64,000 bases of DNA from Chthoniobacteraceae bacterium (GCA_040081625.1 JBEBGD010000006.1:1-64000), one strand, 5' to 3'; shown: positions 26,756-37,607, counted from the first letter of the stretch. Program-made: numbers and translations. The notes: generated by a model not told the origin, from the sequence alone.

Positions 26756-29295
26756 GGCTTGCGGTTCTTGTTTTGGAAATACTCGGGGTAGCGGCTCTGG
26801 AGGCGGTTGAGCAGCTTCTTCGCGGTCTCCTCGTCGCCCGCTTTCTGATAGGCCTCCACCGCCTTCTCGCCGGCGCGCGGGGAGATGCCTTCGTCGTCCA
26901 TCACGATCGATGCGGCCTCGTAGGTCTTCGCCGCCTCGAGCCATTTCTGCTGCGCGGCGAAGATGTCGCCGGCGGTGATCTTGAGTTCGGCGTTGACCGG
27001 GCCGTCGGGCTGAATCTTCAGGCCCGACTCGACGTTCGACGCGGCGTCGGAAAATTTCTGCGCACCGAGCTGCGCCTGAGCGATGTCGTTGAAGGTCTCG
27101 GCGCGGGGCAGGGGCTCCTTGATCGCGGCAAGCAGCGCGCTGAAGGCTTTTTCCGCGGTCGCGTATTCCTTGAGTGCGAGCGCGCTGCGGCCCATCGGGC
27201 GCCAGTCCTCGGGGCGCGCGTTTTCGCGCTGCATGAGCTGGCCGAGGAACTTGATCGCGCCCTGGTTGTCCTCGACGGCGCGATCGAGCGCGCCGGATTT
27301 TTCCTCCGCGGCTGCGCGCTCGTGGAGCGTGACGCCGAGCCAGCGGAGGACCACGTCGGGCACCTGTCCCTTCGGCCCGCCGGCGAGATAGGCGTCGATT
27401 TCCACGGCGACGCCGGCGGTGTCCTCGAGGTAGTAAAAGCAGAGCATCAGCTTGAGGCTCGCGCGCTCGAAGTATTCGTCCTTGTTCAGCGTTCGCGCGG
27501 CGCGCAGCGGCTCGACGGCATTCTTGTAGCCCTTGCTCTCGAAGCTCACGGACCCGATCCAGAAATTCGCCTCGGCCTTGTCCGCATCGCCGGCCTTCGG
27601 GTAGTCGCGCAGGTAGATCTTGAAGGTGTCGGCCATCGCCGTGTTGTCGCCGCGCTGGCCGAACATCCGCGCGAGCTGGAGCATCGCGGCTTCGCGTTCG
27701 CCGGCCTTCGGATGCTGCTCGATGAGGCGGCGAAAATCCTTGATGGCGCCATCGGGATTGTTGAGCCGCAGCAGGCAGACCGCGCGCTGGAGCAGCAGCG
27801 CGGGCATGTCCTTGTAAGTCGGGAAACCTTCGATGACCTCGCCGAGCGTGATCACGGCGCGGGCGTAATCGCCGGCCTGCTGGTAACACCACGCGAGCTT
27901 CGCGAGCGACTCGGCTTTTTGCAGGCCGGTGAGCCGGCGGGATTTTGCGGCGTATTCGTAGATGGGCGCGGCGGCGGCGAAGTCGTTCTTTTTGAAAAGC
28001 ACCTCGGCTTTCATGAGCAGAATCAGGTCTTTCTTCTGCTCCTCGACGCCGGTCGTGAGAAACGCGTCGATCTCCTCGATGAGATTCGGCGCGTCGCCCT
28101 TGTAGAGCGCGCGGAGCCGCTCGTAGCCGGCTTCCTTCGCGAAGACGCTGCTCGGAAATTCCTGCGCGATGCGGTTGTAGAGATCGAGAGACTCGGCGGA
28201 TTTGCCGAGCGAGGCGTAGGCCTTTGCCGCGAGCGACATCGCCTGCGCGCGTGTCTCCGGGCCGAAGTCCGCTTCGCCCTTGGTCCACGTGTCGATGACT
28301 TGCGCGTATTTCTCCGCGTTGAAGGCGAGCTGCGCGAGGCCGAGCTGCGCGACATCGCGCCAGCGATCGACACCCTCGAGCGTGAGCGAGCGCTTGAGCG
28401 CCTCCGCGGCCTTCGCGTTCTGGCCGAGTTCGATGAGCCAGAGGCCGGCATAGACGGTGGCTTGCGCCTTGAGCTCGGGTTGGTCGGTGAGCTTCGCGAG
28501 CGCCTCGACCTGCTTGAGCGCCTCGGCGGTGCGTGTGGCGTCCTTGAGCAGCAGCGCGAAGGAGAGCCGGCTGTTGTCGATGAAGGGATTCTCGATCGGG
28601 TTGGAGACGAGTTCCTCGTAGGTCATCCGCGCATCCATCTTCTGCCCCGTGGCTTCGAGGCAACGCGCGGTGAAAAACTTCGCGGCGTTCGCGAGTTTCT
28701 TGTCCTTCAGCCGCACGCCGGCGCGGCGGTAGTAGGGCAGAGCGGCGGCGTAGTTCTTCTCGGTGTAGTAAAGCTCGGCGAGTCGATAGGAGGCGGGGCC
28801 GACGAAGTCGCCGGCACCGAATTGATCGAGCAGCGCGAGGTAGGTCGTGCGCGCGGCATTGTAGGAGCCGTTGCGGCGGTAGCTCTCGCCGAGGCGGAAG
28901 AGCACGATCTCGCGCTCGGGCGCGTTCGGGTAGAGGCCGAGGTATTTCTCATACTCGGGCGATGCCATCTCGAACATGCTCTTGGCGTAGTAGCCATCGG
29001 CGACCTGGAGCTGGATTTGATCGGGAGACATCCGCGTGCCGGACGGCGAGACGCGGATCTCGCCGCTCGGATCGGCCATCTCGGGCGGCACGACCGGCGT
29101 GGCCTTCGGCACGGGCCGCGGCGTGGCGACTGGAACCGGCGTGGCCTTGCGCACCGGCAGGGGAGTGGAGACCGGCAGCGGCGTCGCCACGGGCACGGGC
29201 GTGGCGCGGCGAACCGGCTCGGCACGGCGGATTTCCTGAGCGATGAGCGGCTGGAGCGCGACGGCAAACCCAGCCGCAAGCGCGAGCGCCCTCAT
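26752..29295 (-). CDS. Large periplasmic TPR protein (YbgF/BamD-like repeats) in the exbBD operon
   Basis: Signal peptide, Pro-rich 'ATP' linker, then continuous TPR helices; overlaps exbD. Confidence 0.85.
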   Translation of the reverse strand: MRALALAAGFAVALQPLIAQEIRRAEPVRRATPVPVATPLPVSTPLPVRKATPVPVATPRPVPKATPVVPPEMADPSGEIRVSPSGTRMSPDQIQLQVADGYYAKSMFEMASPEYEKYLGLYPNAPEREIVLFRLGESYRRNGSYNAARTTYLALLDQFGAGDFVGPASYRLAELYYTEKNYAAALPYYRRAGVRLKDKKLANAAKFFTARCLEATGQKMDARMTYEELVSNPIENPFIDNSRLSFALLLKDATRTAEALKQVEALAKLTDQPELKAQATVYAGLWLIELGQNAKAAEALKRSLTLEGVDRWRDVAQLGLAQLAFNAEKYAQVIDTWTKGEADFGPETRAQAMSLAAKAYASLGKSAESLDLYNRIAQEFPSSVFAKEAGYERLRALYKGDAPNLIEEIDAFLTTGVEEQKKDLILLMKAEVLFKKNDFAAAAPIYEYAAKSRRLTGLQKAESLAKLAWCYQQAGDYARAVITLGEVIEGFPTYKDMPALLLQRAVCLLRLNNPDGAIKDFRRLIEQHPKAGEREAAMLQLARMFGQRGDNTAMADTFKIYLRDYPKAGDADKAEANFWIGSVSFESKGYKNAVEPLRAARTLNKDEYFERASLKLMLCFYYLEDTAGVAVEIDAYLAGGPKGQVPDVVLRWLGVTLHERAAAEEKSGALDRAVEDNQGAIKFLGQLMQRENARPEDWRPMGRSALALKEYATAEKAFSALLAAIKEPLPRAETFNDIAQAQLGAQKFSDAASNVESGLKIQPDGPVNAELKITAGDIFAAQQKWLEAAKTYEAASIVMDDEGISPRAGEKAVEAYQKAGDEETAKKLLNRLQSRYPEYFQNKNRKP

Positions 29296-29705
29296 TCGAT
29301 CGTGTCGGTCGCGAAGGCGACGTTCCAGATGCCGGCGGCGCGGCAGACATCGAGCACATTGACGACCGCCTTGTAGGCCGCGCGCTCATCGCCGCGCAGG
29401 ATGATCGCGTAGTCGGGATAAAGCCGCGCGAGCGACTGGAGGCGCGGGAGCAGTTCGTCGAGCGGCACGGGCTTGCGATTCCACACGATCGTGCCGTCCT
29501 GCTTCACGTTGAGCACGGTCTGGTTGACGGTCGAGACGGGATCCTTGCCGCTCTGCGCGGCGGGCACCTTCACGTCGAGTTCCATCTCCTTGCGCGCAAA
29601 GCTCCACGTCGCGATGAAAAAGCAGAGCAGAACGATGAGGACATCGACCATCGGCGCGATCTGAAAACCGATGACCTCGGGCGCTGAGCGGCGGCGGAAC
29701 TTCAT
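29292..29705 (-). CDS. exbD: Biopolymer transporter ExbD/TolR
   Basis: 'IAPMVDVLIVLLCFFI', 'IILRGDERAAYKAVVNVLDVC'. Confidence 0.93.
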   Translation of the reverse strand: MKFRRRSAPEVIGFQIAPMVDVLIVLLCFFIATWSFARKEMELDVKVPAAQSGKDPVSTVNQTVLNVKQDGTIVWNRKPVPLDELLPRLQSLARLYPDYAIILRGDERAAYKAVVNVLDVCRAAGIWNVAFATDTIE

Positions 29706-29708
29706 GCG

Positions 29709-30608
29709 CTAAAACTCTTCCTCGACCGCTGCGCGCGTGGCCTCGCGCTTCTTCGCGTAATTGAGCGCGATGAGCCCGACGACGTGCGCCGAGGCGACTT
29801 CGAGATCGGAGATGAGCCCCTGCACCTTGTTGCGGAAGTAGGAGTAGAAAAAGAACGCGATGATGCCGAGCACGAGGCCGCTGGCCGTGGCCACGAGCGC
29901 TTCCGAGATGCCCGCCGCGAGCAGGTCTTCGCGCGAGCCGCCGCCTCCCTGGCCGCTCGCGAGCACACCGAAGGACTTGATGATGCCCACCACCGTGCCG
30001 AGCAGCCCGACCATCGGCGAGAGCATCCCGAGGTCGGCGAGATAGGTGGGCCGATGCTGGAGCGAGGCGGCCTGCGCGGAGCCTTCGCTCTCGGCGATCT
30101 CCCGGATCACCTCGTAGGGTGCGTTCGGATTCTTCGTCGCGAAATCGAGCGTGCGCTGCACCACGCGCGCGACGGCTTCGCTGTGCCGCGAGGAGATGGC
30201 GAGCAGCCCGAGGTAGTCCTTCTTTTTCAAGAGCACGTCCGCCGTGTTCATGTAGTGCGGAGTGAGGATGGCGCTGCGCCGCAGCGTGAACAGAAACACC
30301 AGCACGAGCATGAACAGCACGACCGACATTCCGCCGAGCACGATCATCGTCACGCCGCCGGACTGGATGAGCTTCCACAGGCTCACCGCCGAGTTGTCGC
30401 CCGGCAGCACGATCCCGGGCAGTCGGCTCAGCGCGTCACCGCCGGCGGGCGTCGCGGCCACCCGGTTCGGGGGCACGCTCTCGACGACCGGCCTGGGCGA
30501 GTCGATTGCGGTGACAGGTTGTTCCTTCGGCGCGGCGGGTGACGGCGCTTGCGCGAACGATACGGAAACGCTCAAAGCGAGGGCCAGCAGAAGTGCGACG
30601 GGTTTCAT
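29709..30608 (-). CDS. exbB: MotA/TolQ/ExbB proton channel protein
   Basis: 'LSPMVGLLGTVVGIIKSF', 'AAGISEALVATASGL'; ATG at 30608 with signal peptide. Confidence 0.93.
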   Translation of the reverse strand: MKPVALLLALALSVSVSFAQAPSPAAPKEQPVTAIDSPRPVVESVPPNRVAATPAGGDALSRLPGIVLPGDNSAVSLWKLIQSGGVTMIVLGGMSVVLFMLVLVFLFTLRRSAILTPHYMNTADVLLKKKDYLGLLAISSRHSEAVARVVQRTLDFATKNPNAPYEVIREIAESEGSAQAASLQHRPTYLADLGMLSPMVGLLGTVVGIIKSFGVLASGQGGGGSREDLLAAGISEALVATASGLVLGIIAFFFYSYFRNKVQGLISDLEVASAHVVGLIALNYAKKREATRAAVEEEF

Positions 30609-30674
30609 TAGAAATTCGGGCGGCGATACTACCCGGCGGCGGAGCGGATGCAATAGCGGGGGCGAGGGCGAATT

Positions 30675-30740
30675 CTTACTCTTACTCATACGCTTACTTT
30701 TCCTCTGTCCGAGCCGACGCAGAGTAGGAGTAAGCGTAAG
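30675..30740. repeat. Inverted-repeat element built from 6-bp units (CTTACT ... AGTAAG)
   Basis: CTTACT CTTACT CATACG CTTACT TTTCCT CTG ... CAG AGTAGG AGTAAG CGTAAG, in the divergent exbB/proB spacer. Confidence 0.75.
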
Positions 30741-30797
30741 GGGGCTTACGCCTTGCCGCTTGACCCGCCCGCCGACCGGCGCACCGTCCGCGGCTCC

Positions 30798-31556
30798 ATG
30801 TCCACGCCCCGCCGCCTCGTCCTCAAATTCGGCTCCGGCATTCTCGCGAATGCCCGCGGCAGCGGCCTGGACACGAAGCAATTCCGCCGGCTCTGCGCGG
30901 AGGTCGCCGCCGCGGTGAAGGCGGGGCACGAATGCGTGGTCGTTTCGAGCGGCGCGGTCGCCGCGGGGCTCGGCGTGCTTGGCTTGAAGGACCGGCCCGA
31001 GGCGCTCGCGGCGCGGCAGGCCTGCGCGGCGGTCGGCCAGTCGAAGCTCATGGAAAACTACGCGCGGCACTTTGCGCGGCACGGGCTCAACGTTGCGCAG
31101 CTCCTCCTCACGCACGGTGATCTCGACTCGCGCACCCGCCACGAAAACGCGCGCAACACCCTCGAGCATCTGCTGCGCAGCGGCGTCGTGCCGATCATCA
31201 ACGAGAACGATTCCGTCGCCGTCGAGGAGCTGAAGTTCGGCGACAACGACCGCCTCTCCGCCGAGGTCGCGATGCTCGCGAAGGCCGACACGCTCATCCT
31301 GCTCACGAGCGTCGATGGCCTGCTCGATGAACGCGGAAGGACCGTGCGCGTCGTGCGCGACATCGACGCGGCGTCGAAGCTCGCGCGCAATGAGAAGGGC
31401 AAATTTTCCGTCGGCGGCATGGCCTCGAAACTCCAGGCCGTGAGGCTCGCGACCGAGGCGGGCATCGCCACGCACATCGCCAGCGGGCGCGAGCCGGGGC
31501 AGATCCGCGCGATCCTCGCTGGCAAGCCCGCCGGCACGCGCTTCACTGTCGCATGA
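30798..31556 (+). CDS. proB: Glutamate 5-kinase (short form, no PUA domain)
   Basis: 'LVLKFGSG', 'VSSGAVAAG', 'ACAAVGQ', 'PIINENDSV...FGDNDRLSA', 'GGMASKLQA'. Confidence 0.95.
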   Translation: MSTPRRLVLKFGSGILANARGSGLDTKQFRRLCAEVAAAVKAGHECVVVSSGAVAAGLGVLGLKDRPEALAARQACAAVGQSKLMENYARHFARHGLNVAQLLLTHGDLDSRTRHENARNTLEHLLRSGVVPIINENDSVAVEELKFGDNDRLSAEVAMLAKADTLILLTSVDGLLDERGRTVRVVRDIDAASKLARNEKGKFSVGGMASKLQAVRLATEAGIATHIASGREPGQIRAILAGKPAGTRFTVA

Positions 31557-32839
31557 GCACGCTCACCGACCAGATCCACGACTTCGGCCGCCGCGCCCGC
31601 GCCGCTTCGCGCCCGCTGCGTCGCTGCTCGACCGGGCAGAAGAACCGCGGCCTTCTCGCCATGGCCGGGCGGCTCGTGGCGATGCAGGAGGAAATCCTCG
31701 CCGCCAATGCGCAGGACGTGGACAAGGCGAAGGCCGACGGCCTCAGCGCGGCGATGATCGACCGGCTCACGCTCGACCCGAAACGCATCGCGGCGATGGC
31801 CGATGGCGTGCGGCAGGTCGCGGAGTTGCCCGATCCGGTTGGCGAGATTATCCGCGATTGGACGCGGCCGAATGGGCTGCGCATCCAAAAGGTGCGCGTG
31901 CCGATCGGCGTCGTGGGCATCATTTACGAAAGCCGCCCGAACGTCACCGCCGACGCCGCCGTGCTCTGCCTGAAGACTGGTAACGCGACGATCCTGCGCG
32001 GCGGGCGCGAGAGCATCGCCTCGAACATCGCCATCGCGAACGCGCTCCGCCTCGGCTGCGCGGACGCGGGGCTGCCGGGCGACGCGATCCTGCTCATCCC
32101 CGTGACCGATCGCGAAGCGGTGAAGGTGATGTGCGAGATGGATCAGTTCATGGACTGCATCGTGCCGCGCGGCGGGAAGGGCCTGATCGAGACGGTGGTG
32201 CAGCACGCGCGGATGCCGGTGATCAAGCACTACGACGGCATTTGCATCCTCACCGTGGACAAGGACGCCGACCTCGCGATGGCGGAGAGCATCGTGGTGA
32301 ATGCGAAGTGCCAGCGCCCCGGCGTGTGCAACGCGGTCGAGACCGTGCTCGTGCATCGCGACATCGCGGAGAAGTTCTTCGCGACGACGGGAAAGACGCT
32401 GATCGAGAAGGGCGTGCAACTTCGCGCGGACGAGCGCGCGCTTGAAACGCTCAACGTCCAACGTTCAACGTCCAACGCTCAACTTCTCGTCGCGGCGCAG
32501 CCGTCCGACTGGCGCACGGAATTCCTCGACCTGATCCTCGCGGTGAAGGTCGTCGATTCCATCGATGAAGCGATCGAGCACACCGAGTCGAACGGCTCGC
32601 ACCACAGCGACGGCATCATCACCGACAACGCGGACACCGCCGAGCGCTACCTCGCCGAGGTGGACAGCGCGACGGTCTATTGGAACGCGAGCACGCGCTT
32701 CACCGACGGCGGCGAGTTCGGCTTCGGCGCGGAGATCGGCATCAGCACCGACAAGCTGCACGCGCGCGGCCCCATGGCGCTCGAGGAACTGACCACTTAC
32801 AAATACGTGCTGCGCGGCACCGGGCAGATTCGCGGCTGA
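31553..32839 (+). CDS. proA: Glutamate-5-semialdehyde dehydrogenase
   Basis: 'VPIGVVGIIYESRPNVT', 'PRGGKGLI', 'CNAVET', 'NASTRFTDGGEFGFGAEIGIST.KLHARGP'. Confidence 0.97.
   Translation: MSTLTDQIHDFGRRARAASRPLRRCSTGQKNRGLLAMAGRLVAMQEEILAANAQDVDKAKADGLSAAMIDRLTLDPKRIAAMADGVRQVAELPDPVGEIIRDWTRPNGLRIQKVRVPIGVVGIIYESRPNVTADAAVLCLKTGNATILRGGRESIASNIAIANALRLGCADAGLPGDAILLIPVTDREAVKVMCEMDQFMDCIVPRGGKGLIETVVQHARMPVIKHYDGICILTVDKDADLAMAESIVVNAKCQRPGVCNAVETVLVHRDIAEKFFATTGKTLIEKGVQLRADERALETLNVQRSTSNAQLLVAAQPSDWRTEFLDLILAVKVVDSIDEAIEHTESNGSHHSDGIITDNADTAERYLAEVDSATVYWNASTRFTDGGEFGFGAEIGISTDKLHARGPMALEELTTYKYVLRGTGQIRG
32446..32487 (+). repeat. Heptamer tandem repeat inside the proA coding sequence
   Basis: AACGCTC AACGTCC AACGTTC AACGTCC AACGCTC AACTTCT (42 bp). 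Confidence 0.85.
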
Positions 32840-32887
32840 CGCCCGGCTGACTTGGTGTCGCATCTGCTCCCCCGTCCGCCCAGAACG

Positions 32888-35617
32888 ATGACCGAGGACA
32901 CGCCCCATCACCCAGCCGAGCCGCATCTCGTCGATGAGTTCACGCTGCTGCGTGTCGTCGTGGATGCGGTTTCCGACCCGATCTTCTGCAAGGATCGGGC
33001 CGGTCGCTATCTGCTGAGCAATCGCGCCCACGCGGTGCGCATGCGGCTTCCGCAATCGGAGTGCCTCGGGAAGACCGTCTTCGAGATCCCGCAACTCGCG
33101 GAGTATGCGGCGCTATACGATGCCGCCGACCGCGCGCTTTTCGAGAGCGGCGAGCCGAGCCTCAATCGCGAGGAACCCTTCACGCGCGCCGACGGATCGA
33201 AAGGCTGCTGCCTTACCTCGAAGTTCCCGCTGCGCAACCAGCGCGGCGAAATCGTGGGCCTGGTCGGCGTCTCGCGCGACATCTCCGAGCGGCGGCAGGC
33301 CGAGCGCGTGCTCGACGAGGAGCGCCGCCTGCTGCGCACCGTCATCGACGCCGTCGCCGACCCGATCTTTTTCAAGGACCAGGCGGGTTGCTTCGTGCTG
33401 GTCAATGACGCCTACCAGCGACTCTTCGAGTTGGGGACCGACGCCGTCCTCGGTCGCTCCGATCTCGAGATCGAGCGGATGCACGGCTACGCCGAGCGCT
33501 ATGCCGCGGACGATCGCCACGTGCTCGACAGCGGGCTCCCGCTGATCAATCGCGAGGAGCCCTATCCAATGGCGGACGGCAGATCCGGATGGTTCCTCAC
33601 GTCGAAGTTCCCGCTGCGCGACGGGGAGGGCCGCGTGATCGGCCTCGTCGGCATCGCCCGCGACATCACGGAGATGCGGCGCGCCACCGATGAGTTGGCG
33701 CGGACCCGGGAGAAGCTATTCGATCACGTCGAAAATTCGCCGCTCGCCGTCGTCGAATGGTCGCCGGACTTCCGGATCGAGCGATGGGGAGGCCAGGCGG
33801 AGGCGATGTTCGGGTGGACCGCAGCCGAGGTTATCGGCAGGCATTTTGGCGACTGGGCGTTCGTCGTCCCGGACGATCTCCCGGCGGTGATGGAAATCGG
33901 GGGGCGACTCATGGACGGCAGCGACCGGCGCAACGTCTCCCGCAATCGCAACCTGACCACGGACGGACGGGTGCTGCATTGCGTCTGGCACAACTCGGGG
34001 CTTCACGACGCCGACGGGCGGCTCGTCTCGGTGCTCTCGCTGGTCGAGGATGTGACCGACCGCGTCCGCGCCGAGCAGGCCGCGCGCGAGAGTCAGCAGC
34101 TTTATCATACGCTCGTTGAGGCGACCGACACCGGCTACGTCGTCATCGATGGCGCGGGCTGCGTGATCGAGGGCAATGCCGAATACGTGCGCCAGACCGG
34201 CCACCGCTCCATCGAGGAGATTCGCGGACGCCGTGTCGATGAGTGGACGGCTCCGCACGATCTCGAGCGCAATGCCAGGGAGGTCGAGAAATGCGTGCGA
34301 ACGGGGTCCACGCACAATCTCGAGATCGACTACCGCTGGCCCGATGGGCGAATACTTCCCATTGAGGTCAGTGCGCGAGTCATCGACGACAGTGCCGGCC
34401 GGCGCATCATCGCGCTGTGCCGCGACATCTCCGCGCGCCGCACCGCGGAGGACGAGCGCCAGCAGATCGAGCGCAAGCTCCAGGAGGCGCAGAAGCTCGA
34501 GAGCCTCGGCGTGCTCGCCGGCGGAATCGCGCACGACTTCAACAACCTGCTCACCGGCATCCTCGGCAATGCGTCGCTCGCCGCGATGGACCTGCCGCCG
34601 GATTCGCCCGTGCTGGGCTTCGTCGAGCAGATCGAGACCGCATCGACCCGCGCCGCAGAGCTCTGCCAGCAGATGCTCGCCTACTCGGGGCGGGGTCGGT
34701 TCGTCATCCGCGACCTCGATCTCAACAAGGTGATCGCCGAGACGACGGAGCTGCTGCGCGTGTCGATCAGCAAGCGCGCACACCTCACGCTCGACCTCGC
34801 CCGAGGGCTCGCGGCGGTGAAGGCCGACGGCACGCAGATCCGGCAGGTCGTCATGAACCTCGTCATCAACGCCTCCGAGGCGATCGGCGAATCGGGCGGC
34901 GACATCCGCGTGCGCACCGGTCTGCTGCACACGGATCGCGCGACCTTTGAAGGCGCGCATCTCGCGCCCGAGATTGCCGCGGGCAATTACGTGTTCCTTG
35001 AGGTCTGCGACGATGGCTGCGGCATGCCCGATGAAGTGCGGCAGCGGATCTTCGATCCCTTTTTCACCACGAAGTTCACGGGTCGCGGGCTCGGGTTGGC
35101 GGCGGTGCTCGGCATCGTGCGCGGCCACGGCGGCGCCCTGCAAGTCGAGACGGAGCCGGGTCGCGGCACGACCTTTCGCGTGCTGCTGCCCGCCTCGCAA
35201 GGCATGGCCGAAATCGAAGCGCGCTCGCCCGCGAGCCCGTCCGAGTGGCGCGGAAGCGGCACGGTGCTGGTGATCGACGACGAGCCGACGGTGAGCCGGG
35301 CTGCCGGCCAGATCCTGCGCTCGCTCGGCTTTGAGGTGCGACTCGCGAGCGATGGCGTCGAGGGGTTGGAGATTTTCCGCGCCGACCCGCAGGGCTTTGC
35401 GCTCGTGCTTCTCGACCTCACCATGCCGCGGATGGGCGGCGAGGAGGTGTGCAAGGCGCTGCACGAGTTGCGTCCGGAGCTGCCCGTGATCCTCGTGAGC
35501 GGATTCAACGAAGTGGAGGTCGCCACGCGTTTCGGCGAGGGCGGGCCGGCGGCGTTCATCCAGAAACCGTTCGGGATCGCGACACTGCGCGAAAGTTTGC
35601 GCGCGGTGCTCGGTTGA
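32888..35617 (+). CDS. Hybrid PAS-domain histidine kinase/response regulator (CckA-like architecture)
   Basis: Four PAS/PAC domains, H-box 'LAGGIAHDFNNLL', 'NLVINASEA', 'DDGCG', 'FDPFFTTK...GRGLGL', receiver 'VIDDE...LDLTMP...KP'. No TM segment. Confidence 0.95.
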   Translation: MTEDTPHHPAEPHLVDEFTLLRVVVDAVSDPIFCKDRAGRYLLSNRAHAVRMRLPQSECLGKTVFEIPQLAEYAALYDAADRALFESGEPSLNREEPFTRADGSKGCCLTSKFPLRNQRGEIVGLVGVSRDISERRQAERVLDEERRLLRTVIDAVADPIFFKDQAGCFVLVNDAYQRLFELGTDAVLGRSDLEIERMHGYAERYAADDRHVLDSGLPLINREEPYPMADGRSGWFLTSKFPLRDGEGRVIGLVGIARDITEMRRATDELARTREKLFDHVENSPLAVVEWSPDFRIERWGGQAEAMFGWTAAEVIGRHFGDWAFVVPDDLPAVMEIGGRLMDGSDRRNVSRNRNLTTDGRVLHCVWHNSGLHDADGRLVSVLSLVEDVTDRVRAEQAARESQQLYHTLVEATDTGYVVIDGAGCVIEGNAEYVRQTGHRSIEEIRGRRVDEWTAPHDLERNAREVEKCVRTGSTHNLEIDYRWPDGRILPIEVSARVIDDSAGRRIIALCRDISARRTAEDERQQIERKLQEAQKLESLGVLAGGIAHDFNNLLTGILGNASLAAMDLPPDSPVLGFVEQIETASTRAAELCQQMLAYSGRGRFVIRDLDLNKVIAETTELLRVSISKRAHLTLDLARGLAAVKADGTQIRQVVMNLVINASEAIGESGGDIRVRTGLLHTDRATFEGAHLAPEIAAGNYVFLEVCDDGCGMPDEVRQRIFDPFFTTKFTGRGLGLAAVLGIVRGHGGALQVETEPGRGTTFRVLLPASQGMAEIEARSPASPSEWRGSGTVLVIDDEPTVSRAAGQILRSLGFEVRLASDGVEGLEIFRADPQGFALVLLDLTMPRMGGEEVCKALHELRPELPVILVSGFNEVEVATRFGEGGPAAFIQKPFGIATLRESLRAVLG

Positions 35618-35657
35618 GGCTGGCGCGCCGCACCGCTTTGCGGCAGCGTGCGCGCCC

Positions 35658-36764
35658 ATGAAGTTCATCGCCGCCCTCCTCGCCCTCTCCACCGTCGTGC
35701 TCGCGGAACCGATTTCCTTTTACATCGGGAGCACCGGCAAAGCGCCCGAAACCCAAGGCATCTACCGCTTCACGCTCAACATCGAGACCGGCGCTCTCTC
35801 CGCGCCGGTGATGGCCGCCGATGCGAAGCGCGCGAGTTTTCTCGCGGTGCATCCGGGCGGCGAATTCCTCTACACGACCGCCGAGGGTTCGCCCGGCGCG
35901 GTCGCCGCTTACGCGATCGGCGAAGACGGCTCGCTCAAGCTGCTCAACCAGCAATCCACCGGCGGCGCGGGACCGACGCACGTGTGGGTCGATGGCGGCG
36001 GGGCGAATCTGCTCGTGGCCAACTACGGCGGCGGCAGCGTCGCCTGCCTGCCGATCAAGGAGGACGGCTCACTCGGCGCATCGACGGCATTCGTGCAGCA
36101 CACCGGCTCGAGCGTGAATCCGCAGCGGCAGAAGGAGCCGCACGCGCACGGCATCTACTCGGATGCGGAGGACAAGTTCGTCTATGTGCCCGACCTCGGG
36201 ATCGACAAGGTGCTCATCTACAAGTTCGACCCGGCGAAAGGAACGCTCGTGCCGAACGATCCGCCCGCCGCGATCATCGCGCCCGGCGGCGGCCCGCGGC
36301 ACTTCGCGCTGAACCCGACCGGCGGCTTCGCCTACGTGAACAACGAACTCAACAGCACGATCGACGTCTTCAAGCACGACGCGGAAACCGGCGCGCTCGA
36401 GCCGCTGCAAACCATCCCGACGTTGCCGCCGGATTTCTCCGGCCAGAACTCGACGGCGGAAATCTTCGTCCATCCGAATGGCCGCTTCGTCTATTGCTCG
36501 AACCGCGGCCACGACTCGATCGCCGTCTTCGCGGTATCGGAAGGCACGGGCCGACTGCGGCCGATCGACCACACGCCGACGGGCGGGAAGACGCCGCGCA
36601 ATTTCAGCATCGACCCGACCGGCAAATGGCTCATCGCCGCCAACCAGGCGAGTGACGACATCTTCGTCTTCCGCCTCGATCCGGCGACCGGCAAACTGAC
36701 CGCGACCGGCCAGTCCGCGAAGCTGCCCGGGCCGATGAGCGTGCTCTTCCTGCCGCGCAAGTAG
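35658..36764 (+). CDS. Lactonase family protein (6-phosphogluconolactonase-like beta-propeller), exported
   Basis: 'LVANYGGGSV', 'RQKEPHAH', 'VPDLGIDKV', 'GPRHF', 'SNRGHDSI', 'TPRNF'. Confidence 0.9.
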   Translation: MKFIAALLALSTVVLAEPISFYIGSTGKAPETQGIYRFTLNIETGALSAPVMAADAKRASFLAVHPGGEFLYTTAEGSPGAVAAYAIGEDGSLKLLNQQSTGGAGPTHVWVDGGGANLLVANYGGGSVACLPIKEDGSLGASTAFVQHTGSSVNPQRQKEPHAHGIYSDAEDKFVYVPDLGIDKVLIYKFDPAKGTLVPNDPPAAIIAPGGGPRHFALNPTGGFAYVNNELNSTIDVFKHDAETGALEPLQTIPTLPPDFSGQNSTAEIFVHPNGRFVYCSNRGHDSIAVFAVSEGTGRLRPIDHTPTGGKTPRNFSIDPTGKWLIAANQASDDIFVFRLDPATGKLTATGQSAKLPGPMSVLFLPRK

Positions 36765-36769
36765 CCGCG

Positions 36770-37450
36770 TTACCCGCGCATCCGCGCGAGCAGCTTCAGA
36801 AAGCGGAGCGTGTCGTGGACCGGGCGGATCTTGCTCACCTCGTCGCCATAGACCGTGCTCACCGGCGCGGCGCCGATCCGCACGCCGCGGCGTGCGGCGA
36901 GCACGAGCATCTCCGACTCGAAATCGAACCCGGTCGTGGGCACCTCGATGAACGCTTCGGCCAGTTCGCGCGAGAACATGCGGAAGCCGCACTGCGTGTC
37001 CGGGATTGTCTGCCCGGCGACGCGGCTGATGAGCCACGACATCGAGAGGTTCGTCAGCTTTCGCACGAGCGGCATCGTGCGCGTGTCGCCCATGCGATTG
37101 CCCACGATCAGTTCCGCGCCCGTCTCATTCGCCGCGGCGATGAAGTGCGGAATCTCCTCGGGTGGATGCTGCCCGTCGCCATCGAGGATCACGATCCACG
37201 GCACACCCGACGACGCGAGCTCGCGCAGCCCCGTCTTGATGGCCGCGCCCTTTCCCGCGTTGCGCTCGTGTTTCACCACAGTGACGCCCGCGGCGCGCGC
37301 TTCGTCGCTCGTGCGATCGGTCGAGCCATCATCGACGACGAGCACCGTATCGAGCTGCGCCCGCGCGCGCGTGGCCACGTCGCGGATGTGTTTCTCCTCG
37401 AAGTAGCAGGGGATGAGTGCGGCGACATTGGCGCGATCGGCGGCGGGCAT
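36770..37450 (-). CDS. Glycosyltransferase family 2 (DPM1-like)
   Basis: 'VVDDGSTDRT', 'NAGKGAA', 'LDGDGQHPP', 'DTQCGFR'. Confidence 0.92.
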   Translation of the reverse strand: MPAADRANVAALIPCYFEEKHIRDVATRARAQLDTVLVVDDGSTDRTSDEARAAGVTVVKHERNAGKGAAIKTGLRELASSGVPWIVILDGDGQHPPEEIPHFIAAANETGAELIVGNRMGDTRTMPLVRKLTNLSMSWLISRVAGQTIPDTQCGFRMFSRELAEAFIEVPTTGFDFESEMLVLAARRGVRIGAAPVSTVYGDEVSKIRPVHDTLRFLKLLARMRG

Positions 37451-37523
37451 GGCGCACCCGCATAGCGGAAAACTTTCCCCGCGACAAATGCGCCGCGTGG
37501 GGAATACTCGGCGCCTGACACCG

Positions 37524-37596
37524 GGGGGCTTAGCTCAGTTGGTAGAGCGGCAGCTTTGCAAGCTGTAGGTCAGGGGTTCGAATCCCCTAGCCTCCA
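37524..37596 (+). tRNA. tRNA-Ala(UGC), CCA not encoded
   Basis: GGGGGCT...AGCCTCC-A acceptor stem with G3:U70; D-arm TAGCTCAGTTGGTAGAGC; anticodon arm GCAGC-TTTGCAA-GCTGT; T-arm GGTTCGAATCC. Confidence 0.97.
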
Positions 37597-37607
37597 CTTT
37601 GCGCGGG

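Noticed and set aside
29090..29215. Pro-rich ATP/PV repeats in the TPR protein as a DNA repeat element
   Set aside because: Low-complexity protein linker with synonymous variation, not a nucleotide-level element.
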